From a virus: 64,000 bases of DNA. The stretch's first letter is position 1, and the number at the start of each line of letters is the position of its first letter. The stretch is taken from positions 1 through 64,000 of IMG/VR virus record IMGVR_UViG_3300021138_000017; one strand, 5' to 3'. This document shows, one piece after another, positions 46,621 to 58,600 of the stretch. Under the pieces are notes generated by a model, which had not been told where the DNA came from, did no database searches, and saw nothing but the letters and a program-made list of their open reading frames with translations. A program made the translations under genes and the position numbers.

Positions 46621-49600
46621 TTATGTTAACCCTCGCAAAAATCTAGCAGGTGGGGTATTAGTTTCCTGTAAAGGAACACCGTCGCTAGCTGAATAAAACC
46701 CTTGATTATACCATGTGACCCCACGTTTTACTAAAATAGTAACTTCTGATCCATTTGCCGGAGCTGTTGTAAACACTACTGTTACAGGAGTCAAAGTAGT
46801 AATTGTATAATTGCCTATTTGCTTAATTCCGCCGACATAAACTTCAACTGATTCAAGCGGATCTACGTATGAATAATCATATGTGAACGGTTCTAAATTG
46901 ATAGGTCCTTCATCAAATAAAACAGTATCAAATCCCTGAATTATAGTTTCTATGTTAATATTTGTAGCTATGTAAGTTGTTGTAGTTCCGTCTCCTACAA
47001 AATTATTACTTACAACATAGTCTTGGAACTCTTTTGGTAGTAAATTTCCTCGTCCCATATCGTAAACAATAGAGCCATTACTGTGACTAGCGGCAGCTGT
47101 ACCAGCTGTGCCGCGCAATAGACTACTTATAGTATTGGCGTTTGTATCAATTTCTCTATACATTATACGTTCGCCGTTAATAGTTACTACTCCCCAGATA
47201 TTTGCCGAAAAGTTTGGTATAGTAAGTGCTGAAGCATTATTAACATATATGATATCAGCTGTAGCAGAAACTGATGCGGTTAACGATGTAGTTGTTTGCG
47301 GGGTCATACGATAGGTTGCTTGTACACCACGCATGTCTTGGAAAATTCTAAATTCCATTGCTTCTGGCACTATAGAATCTGTAACAGATGTTATTATAAC
47401 TACATCAGTTGACTGTAATGTATTGGGTAAAATTAACATTGTACCAGAGACAGTATAATCTACTATTGGCATTAATATTTGTCCATTTAATGACACACGC
47501 AAACGATCAACGTTAGTAATTAATCTTCCTAAATCTAAATTATTTGATGTAATTGTAGTGCCAATACTATAACTGTAGCTTCCTGGTTCTCCTGTAATGT
47601 TGCCTTGATCAAATTCGGTATCATCAAAACCTTCTGATATTGTTACTCCTTCGGTTATAGGCCCAACAAAAACTTGTGTTTCTAGTCTTTGTTCACGAGT
47701 GTCATGCCAAGTAGTGATAGTAATTGTCTCTCCTGCGCTAATTGTAACGTTTCTAAAGGTTATTTGATGATTTAAAGGATCAATAACGGCTTGAGACCCA
47801 GTTGTAACAGCAATATAAATTCTTGTACCTAATAGAGGAGCTGATGCAAAAGTCACTGTAGTTCCCAATGTTTGTGGATTTACAGTATATCCTGATACTT
47901 GCGGTATATCATTAAAATAAACCAGCACATCGCTGTCAACTATGGTACTTTGATCAAATCCTAATCTTTGAGCAACTTCAAATGTAGTAGTTACCCCGTC
48001 TCCTATATAACTTATACCACCAGCTACAACTAATTGATTACCAGCAAGTGTTACAACCGCATTTACTGGATTGGTATATTGTAAACTAATAGTAGGATCT
48101 AAGTTGTAAGTATATACTCCATTTGTTGAAGATATTGTTTGAACAATAGGCACACTCCAACTATAATGTACTGTAGTATTATTAATAGTAGTTGGACCAA
48201 TAGCAACTAAACTTATAAAATCCGTTGAAGTATAAGCGTTATTAAATGTAATAGCGGTAGTGCCGTATGTTGTTCCAGAAGTATAAGTATACTCAGTATT
48301 ATTTAAATATGCGCCATTAACAAATATAGCAAATTCTTGTATTAATGCGTATTGAACGGGCACAATAATAGGATTTACTATAGCTGACCCAGTATATGTT
48401 TGTTTATAAAGTTGGTTTCCACCACCTAATTCATAAACATTAACACCTATTTGATCTCCTTGTACTACTCTACTAGACGATGTATTAATGATAACAGTTT
48501 GTATTGTCCAATTAACTGTATAATCAACTCCTACTAATAAATTGTATCCTTGGGTATAATCAACAACTTCAATCAATACTGGATAAGGTTCTAATCCACC
48601 AAATCTTATAGTAGGGTTGCTTGATCTATATATTGAATTGTAAGTAGCTAAAGGAAACCCGTGTCCTACTCCTGCCCAATCAGCACCAGGTGTAGTATAA
48701 ACTCTAAAATCCATAGTATCAAATTCAATACCTGGAACTAATTCTTCAGGCGCATGACTTTCATAAGTGTCTACATAAGCTCCACCGTTGATATTAATAT
48801 CTGAGGGACGTGTTCCTAAATAAGGATCAAGATAAGAACTAGCAAAAATTGTATCTAATATTCCTAAATCATAAGTAGGCTGTCCATTGGCATCAATACT
48901 TAAATTGTCCCAAGGATTAAAATCAAAATTTCCTCTATCAAATCCTGTATCTTGATTAAAAGATAATCCGCTTACTTGTACACCTGGATAATCTATTCCA
49001 TCTATTAATAAAGGCAGAGACAAACCTGGTGTACTAGGAGTTGACACATAATAACCCATAGTTCTATTGACACCACTTAGTGTTTTAGCTTTTACTAATG
49101 TCCAATCGCTAGGAATAAATTGTTGGTAAAAATATAAAGTATATTGAAGTGAGGGACTAGTATTTAAAACCAAAGCTGACAATGTAATTGTATTTCCGCT
49201 TATATTTAACACCGTTGTATTGTTAGCTATTCCAGGACCATCGACTATTTGTCCAACAATAATTCCGCTAGCGTCAGTAACAAATATTCTATTTGATCCT
49301 GTTGTTAATGTAGCTGTAGTAACGAAAGTAGTATTGGTAATATTGATATTTGCTTGATATACAATATTTTTGTATCTAACTTGTGTTCCTTCGGTATATG
49401 TACCTCCGGGCATCCATTCTACTATACTTGTATTGTATTCATAACGATCATATTTTACTATAACTCGAAAGGATCTTACCAATGAGTTATTCATAATAGG
49501 ATAAGCAATCGCGCCTGTTCCATTTCCACCGCTGAATGTTATTGTGGCAGTATTAATATAACCTGATCCAACGTTTGTCATTACAACTTGTGTCACTTGC

Positions 49601-52600
49601 CCATTAGAATTAATCAAAGCATATCCTGTGGCCAATATCCCGCCAGACATTGGAGAACTAAATGTAACAGTAGGTTGCGTTGTATAGCCACTTCCTCCAT
49701 TTTCTATAATTACACCGTCAATACTCAATAAGAAGTTATTGTACCACTGACTGTAAGTGCTTGGCTCTAACCACAACTGTGCGTTTGGAGCGGCGTCACT
49801 CACAGTTGAATAATGAGTTGTTTGAGCTATAGTATATGGTAAACCAGACATATTGTAATTGATTACAGGACTTACAAACTGAGGTACTTGTAAAGTTGAA
49901 TTCCATATAGCTGGCAAATCAAAGTCTGTTAAATCTCCACCAAAAGTATCTTTTCCATCATAAATTAAATTAAATTGTTTTACTTGTACATGATAAGGCT
50001 TTACTTCTTGAAAATAATCAATAACAAATTCTTGATTATCAGGCAAATAAGTTTGATAAGGTAATAAATTCCTAATAGTATGGTCAACATCAACGTAACT
50101 GGTTTTTATTAACCACGATGGGTCAGTAAATTCACTGTATACATAGTTAAACATTAAAATTAAACTGCTATTACGTTCATATAATAAATCATTAATATAA
50201 ATTTGCTCGTTTAAGGCTTGAATTATATAACGTGTTTCTGTTTGTGGTGTTTCGTCAAAATATTGACTGTCAAAAACTTGAGAATCAAATCCAAAATTTC
50301 CAACTGTGTAATTCCACAAATCTTCGGCAAATTGTATAGTACCATCTTCTAATCCAACACGCTGCCAATCATTAACAGGATCAACACCAGTACGTAGCCA
50401 AATTTCATATTTTCCGGCACCATTATTAATAACTCTTACACTTGACCCAACAGGAGCAGTGGAATAACTTAATGAACCTAGTTGTCCATAATTTTGTACT
50501 GCGGCAACTGGTGCTTGAGTATAATTATATCCTGGCAAGTACCAATTAATGTAATACCAATATTCTGGTGTATTATAATGTTGTATTTGTACTAAACTTA
50601 ACTGCAAATCTGACTCTACTTCATATATGGTCCAACGTCCGCTTTGTGTACTGTCGTTGTCAACAAGATATCTGTAACCTACAGGAACTAGAGATAAATT
50701 TTGATAACCTAATACTTCTAAGTTAGGCACTTCGAAATTCCAAAATAAAGTATTTGCTGTACCAGTACCAGAACCAACACCGGTAGCCACAAAACTTAAT
50801 CCAATAGTGTTATTTGCAGCGCCTATTGTTGTAAAATTTGTGTTTCCTAAAGTTGATATTGTATATGTTTTTCCAATAACAAAACTTCCAGCAGTTATTG
50901 TAATAATTTGAGGTGGCAAAGGTTCAGAAGAATCAAGCAAGGTAAAACTACGTGTTTCTGAAATAGGATATTGAGCTAAAATTGTATTTGCTCTAGTTAA
51001 ATAATTTTTTAATGCTAAAAATCTATCGGCAAACATACTTTGACGTGGTCTAAATTCTACCCCGTATTTCATGCCAGGACTCAACAATGGGTCAGGAACA
51101 AGATTTCCAATTCTATCTACCCCGCATAAACTATCTTGAAATTTTCTATACAGTTGAGTATTTAAAAACGAATCAGAGATGCCATCTTTAATAATTTGAT
51201 ATTCTTGATGAATTATAGCATCATTAAGTTGTTGATCAAATCCAATGCTTAAAATTGTGTTGTTGCTTGATAATATATTTTTTGCGTTATATATGGCTAT
51301 GGTTGAAGAATTCAATCCTGCTATATAAGGTAATCCACTACTGCGAGGATCATAGATATAACTTGCTACACCGTTGGCACTGAGAGTTTTTCCAGCACCT
51401 TGTTGTATTGTTGTTATTCCTTTTACCCAATAATAGTATAATGTTGTAAAAATATTATTTTTTCCAAGTTGTGACGATATTGAATAAGATATTGTACTTA
51501 AAACAGTGCCTTGTCCAGTATAACTTACGGGAGGCGAAGTACTTTCTATCCATTGATATACATCTACACTACTGCCAGGAAAAGTTTGTCCCCATCTACG
51601 ACTAGCATATACTATGTCATCCTGGTTAGGATCAATAAATCTTACTGTATTAGTATCCCACCACATTTCACCTAAATGTTCTGGACCCCAATAATTACCA
51701 TTATTATGTACTGAGCCTGTATTGTATTGTGCTGGATCAACTGCCCCAATGTAATTAATATTTTGTCTAGCCAAACCTAAAATTTTACCCTGTAATGGGT
51801 CAAAGAAATCAAAGTAAGTTTGTGTTGCTCCGTTAATAGTGCTGTTAACTCCTATTTCTTGATTGCCATTGTAGGCAAAAACACTATTAATAGAGTATAC
51901 ATCTACAACTGGTTGTTGAGTACGTATAGCTTTCCACGCAGGAGAATTTGTAGGATTATCAAATACTACAATATATCCGTAATTTGCGGTATTAGTAATT
52001 GGACCGCCAGTTGCGCCAACAACCAATTTACCTGTAACATAACTAGATGAAGTTCCAAATGCGTCACCTGTTTGTACATTACTATTGTATATTTGTTGAC
52101 CAAAAGCAAATTGTCCTGGATTTGACGGAGAATTATTACTGCTAGGGAAATAATCATATGTATATGCTACTCCGCCATTAATTATTGGATTAAAGAATGT
52201 GGTACTGTGTTCATCAAAATAAGTTTTTCCGCTATCAAATGTAGTTGGTTCATATACGTTGCCATTAGGACTGCCTACTATTAAATTGACAGCACTTGAA
52301 TCAATACTTAAAGATGCTCCAAATTGTCCATAAACAACAGGAAGAGGGCTTAAAATTTGTTGTGTAAATATAAATGTTTCAAATTCCAATAAATCAAATA
52401 CCGAATTTACAACTCCAGGTAGCACTGTAAGTAAATTTCCTGCGGTTGCGGCTGCCGAATTTAGTACTCCTATGGTTAATCTTCCTGAAACAACAGTAAC
52501 GGTATTTCCGGCAGCAGGCGGTGTTACAAAATATATACTTTTTGTTGATGGATCATAAGAATAATCAGCACTTCCTTGTATTATTGCGTTGACGTAAACA

Positions 52601-55600
52601 ACAGTAGTATAGTTGTTAGCTGTTTCGTATAAATTACCTATATAAAATACTGAAGTAGAGCCATCACATGAAAATTGTAAATCAGGAGTAGCCGAAGCAA
52701 ATATATTAGGAACATTACTGGCATTTATTGCTGCCGCAAATCCTGTCACTGTATTATTTGGAGAGGCTGGTACAGTAACTATACTATTGTTTATACGTAA
52801 TGTTCCGCCAGGAATTAAAATTGGGTTAGCAAAAGTAGAAGTTGTTGTACCGTAAACTCTAGATTGATTTACTTGATGATCTACAGACCCAGCTTGTACT
52901 ACATAAGTGCTGTCAAAAGGAGCACCTACATAAACACTACAATTAAGCGGACAAGCAGCAGTAACTGATCCATACATAGCTACTTCATTAGCAGTAGATG
53001 ACGTAAGTTGTTGTATTTGCTGTATTTGATTAGTTTCAATTTCAATGATATCACCTACAGTAAATTCAATATTAGTAAAAGTAACAGTATTTCCATTTAC
53101 ACTATACTGACCTGAATAAGATTGGGCTGTTGTAAGTAAGAATATATTGTTAACACTAACAGCCAACGGATATGTTACATTTCCAGGAACTGTATAAGTC
53201 ATTTGACTTGTATTACTAACAATATAACGTATTACACTACGATCAAAAATGTAAACAACACCAGCTTCGGTTAAATCGTTGACAGAAGCATTTGGGGCTC
53301 CAACCATTATTTGTCTACCATCTGTAGTAGTTGACACAGAAATTCCAAAATTGTCACCGTTAAGTGATTGGTTTGACGAAATGTAAGTAACATACTGCCA
53401 ATAAGTATCAGTTATTACGATTATTTTCGCACCCAAGGCTGGTACAGATCCGCTGGCAAATGTCAGCACAGTTGTTGCGGAATTAAATGTATAATCTAAA
53501 TATGGTCGTTGTAATTGTCCGTTGACAGTTACAGAAAAATTATAGTAATTTGTGGCATTGTATAGCAGTGAGTTAAGAGCAAATGATGTATTACTGTAAT
53601 TTCCTGTTCCAGAAATTGTAAACCCAGTTAAAATACTGTTAACTGTGTTTGTTACTGTTAATGTAATATTATTAGCAGGAGTGGCACCGCCTACTAGATT
53701 TCCATTAATGACTATAGTGTCACCAATTTCATATCCTAACCCACCGTTAATTATAGTAATAGAATATAAACCACGAACTACATTAACTGTAAAGATAGCG
53801 CCTACGCCAAATCCAGAAGTACTGGACTGTTGAATATCATAATAATTGTAATCATCTAACTGAGCCTGTTGATTTCTTGTAATTTTAATAATTTGATTGG
53901 CACTAGGAGGATTAGTGAATATCACAGATGTTGCGCTAACTGTATAATCAATATTCAATATTGCTGTATAACTGTCATTAAAAGTAACAGTCAACTGTCC
54001 AGGGTGTGTTGAGCCATTTATTTGTAAACTATTAGAATAATTAAAAGTAGATGTAAATCCATCTGATGTATATGTAACCGATTGTGTTTCTACATCAATA
54101 CGTTCATAAGCATACACAATATTTTTTGCTGGCGCAGAAATATACATCCATCTTTCGTCAGCACTTATAGTACCTGCCGTACCAAAATTTATAGAACTAA
54201 AATCAAGATCTGGTGCTACTAAAAGCTGTGTAATAGAATACTGAGCAGTATTAGGATTACGATACACCACTGCAGCGTATCCTGCCCCAGAATTACTATT
54301 TTTTGCTCCCACTACTGCCCATATTGCTGAACCAAATGATACAAAATTTCCAAAAGTTTGTGTAGCTGTAGCTGTTAATTTTAATAAATTACTGTATTCA
54401 TAATCTGTTGTACTATTATGAAAATAACAGTACACACCCCCTTGATTGGTATTTAAATTTGGAGCACCAACTAGTAAACCTACATTATTATATGCCTGTG
54501 CTACGCTAGTCGCATATTGTGCCGATGATCGTAAGTCTTGTGAGATAGTTGAATTAGTTACAAATGGACTTTGTTTTTCTAAAGTTTCCCAATGTCCATT
54601 TCCATCGTTGTCTACCCAGGCTTTAGATCCAGGCACTAAACTGTTTACATAAGGCAACGTTGAAATATCACTAGCTTGACTTACTCTAGCATTTTGTAAA
54701 TGGAAAATTAATCCTGTGCCTGTAACAAAAGTTACATTTGTATTTGTAAATGTAAAGGAAATTGTAAATGTTGTCGGCGAGGGAACTCCTAAAATTCTAT
54801 ACACACCATCAACACCAGAATTGAAATATTTTATTATTATTAAATCAGATACTGCTAAACCATGTGGTTGATTAAATTGTGCTGTGCTTGTGCCATTAAG
54901 ATTGTCAGATAATCTTGTCATTTGACCAAAAATATCATTAACTCTGTAAACTCCCCAATCATAACTATTAACTTTAGCAATCCATATATAAGTTCCTATA
55001 CCAATAGTAGAAAGATTAGTATCAATAGAAGTTGGATTAGCGATGTCAAACACTGTTATATCAATATCATCTAAGCACACATAGCCAGCAGAAGGCAAAG
55101 CTGATGGCAAACTACTGTTTTCATAAGTTGTAGGTAATATATTTGTAGAAGTTATAGCATAACTTTCTTTCCACAAATTATTTAGATAAAGTGTTTGATT
55201 GGCTTGACTAGCTTCGCCAGGATTTATAACTTGTATTGTAGAAGGATTATAATTTAATAATGCTTGATTTAATTGTATTTCAAAAAAACTTCTATTAGCT
55301 TGGGCACCATATGTTCCTGATAAAATAGCCCAATTTTCATAAATTTTATACTGTCCAGATTCTTTTCCGAGATTAGCCGCGTTAAATATTTCGGCTGCTT
55401 GTAAAGTACCTTTGGTTCCAATAAATTGTTGATAAAGTTGCACTTGACTGACACCGTTAAGATTCATATTCGTCATATATTGACGTGGTCTAAATCCTAT
55501 AAGCCCAAAGGCAAATAAATTATTATCACTAGTTAAGTTTGCTTCGTAAACGTTGTAAGCATTGGCTAGCTGATTGGCTTTGTTGGCTAAATTTGGTAAA

Positions 55601-58600
55601 AGTCCGTTATCAATAGCTTGATAATCACTCTTTACCCATTCACTATAATTAAATGTTTTTTGTGGTTCGCTTATAACCAATGCTTGCCAATAAGTATTTT
55701 TATATAAAACAATAACACCTTTGGTATACTTTGTATATGAATTCCATTGTTCAATATTATTTAAATTAAGTATAAATCCTTGAGCATTGAGTTGCCCATC
55801 CCACTGTGTGGTTGTAGCAGCAGTTAATTTTAAACGTATTTGTCTGGCAGCGGTTATTGGATCATATATTAAGTCATTAAATTGGCTTGTATTATTCAAT
55901 ACTATCATATCTTCATAATTTGTATATTGAAGAGTCAAGTAATTTATAGTTTGATTATTGGTTGTTGTTAATGTAAAGGTATTATTGTCTCTATTAACAA
56001 TCATTGTTCTTACATCTAATACTTTAAAATTTTGATCCAATAACATATTTTCCGGAGTTACACTGGCAATAGTATCAACTATAGATATTGGTTGAGTAGA
56101 TGTTATAGATGTAGCACAAGGATTAAGATTAATAATTGTACCAACCGTCCAATTTTGAGTGGCAAAATTTAAAAATTCAGTGGCCATCTGGAACCAGTTC
56201 AGTGTATACCCATTTTCTATATTAGCAAACGTCAAGCCTTGACTTTCTAAGTATGTTCCGTAGCCCAATAAAAAGTCGCATACACCAGCGGTATTGGTAA
56301 ATGTATAACCGTAAGGTATTTGTTTTACATTCTGTGTATACTGCGAAGGAACTTGAACTGTTTGATCCCCGGCAGTAATTGTTTTGTATAAACCAACTGG
56401 ATTACTAATTTGTACATTAAAATAAGGTTGAATATTACTATATCCATACACAGTATATCCAATTCCTCCAGACCCTAATTGAGCAATTTCAACAATCACA
56501 GAACTATATGTTATACTGTTAAAGGGTTGATTTTTATAAAATAATACATTATAACTAGATGGTGTAATTTCTAAATTGTTATTAGTAGATTCAGGGCCAG
56601 CACGTTCTGTGAATATTTGAATATACATAGGATCACTAAAGGAGGCCATACGATAACATAAACGAACATCTAAGTTAGACAAAGCATTAGTTAAATCTGT
56701 AGTACTATTAACGCCTGTTTGTTGATTATAATCTACTATCCAATTAATATAAGAAGCTTTGCTTGTGCCATTGCCATAAATTTCTACACCAGAAGCATTT
56801 AATCTATAACGTTTGTTATACAAATACTGACCTAAAGTTGTGTCATAACGATATAAATCTCTGTCAGCAAATAAAGAGAAGAACTGAGCAGGCTTTGTAA
56901 GAGCTAACATACGCATTATAGCAAACGGATACGAAGAAGAATTCCACCAAGATGCTTGTGCTGGGCCACCATCTCCTGCTATCCAAGATTTTTGATAAGA
57001 TAACGGATCTGTCAACCCAACTATAGATTCATTTGGTGGTAAAAGTTCGCCTTCTGTACCTGATGGTATGATTTTTGTAAGTCCTGGTCTGGCGTATTCG
57101 GGTAAAATATAAGGTCCTGCTGGGTTGGCAACAAGTCCTGCTTCTAAATCATCCCATAAAACTGTATTGCCAGAAGTATAAGGTGCTGGGCCATATCTTA
57201 AAGTCCACCAGGCTGGTTCTTCCGAAAACCCTAACATTTCCCAAGGAGTAGTATTTGGTGTTTCTGTATCATAGAAATAAAGATACAATCCTCTCCAGTT
57301 GCCCTGTAGTAATTGTTGTTGATTTATACGATTAGCTGATTGACTATAATTCCAAGTAAAAGGATTGCTGGCAATATAATCTTGTTCAGTATAATTTACT
57401 CTATTTTGCCCTACCCAAGACAAAAACGATTCGCTCATTATCTGATTAATTTCAGCGTATGTATAAGGTGTGGTACGGAAAAATCCTGGCAATAGAGCTG
57501 TTGTTTGTTCGGGATAAAATGTTGGATCAACACTGTCAGTTGATAAAGGTATAGGATTATCGTCTACTTTAATATTGTCATAAATTCTTTTTTCAAATTC
57601 AATTAAAACTTCATCACGTATATCACCAAAAGCAATAGTTTTACTGCCATCATGACCTTGAATTACTAAAGTAGGTTCAGAATATGTATAATCAAGATAT
57701 AAACTAGGAGTATATTTAGGATATAAACCCATTTTACTAGGTGTGTTTGGACACCAACTTGCTACAGTTGTAGGGTATTCGTTAATAGTGACTACATCAC
57801 CAACATTTAAAGGTATTAAAATTGTTAATTTAGGGGCGTCTGTTGATACTGTATATTGACTACCACGCAATAACAATACTCCATTTACATAAACCAATAA
57901 TCCAAGATAGTTACCTGATGTGAAATTATAAGTTTGTATAGTATTAAAAGTTTGTCTTGTTATTGGGTTAACAGTTGTTGAATTAGAAGTGTAGTTTGAA
58001 CCAACCGGTAACATATCACTCCAATAAAAAGGACTATTACTGTTGTTATTTTTAGTGATATAAGTTATAGCAGTATCAAGTATACTGCTTACTGATTGTC
58101 CAACTCCGATATCTAATTGAGTTACTGCGTTTAATAACTTATTTTTGTATTTTACATATTCTCTACTATTAAATTCAATTGCAGCAAAAACATTATAGTT
58201 TAGTGAACGTAAAAAATAACCAGCCAATGTTAAGGGCGAAGACTGTTGTAATATTTGTTGTCCGTATGGTACAATGTTGCCTAAATCTCGTGAATTATTT
58301 GGTCCATTTATAACTCCAGTAAAATCTACTAAATTTTCACAAATGGTAGAATATTGTTGACGTATAGTTCCTAGTGTAAATTGTTTACTGTTACCGTTAA
58401 AAGGATTATTTTCTAAGTTGATAGGAATTTGATAAAATCCTTGATTACTTACCTGCTGACTATATGCTAATACTTCAATAACATCTCCTACAACATAACC
58501 AGTTCCATTTAAAGTAATTGTAGTAGTATTAACCGCAGTATCTGTTATGTAAGTGTATGTTGACGGTAATTGGTAAACATTATTAATAAAAATTTGTAAA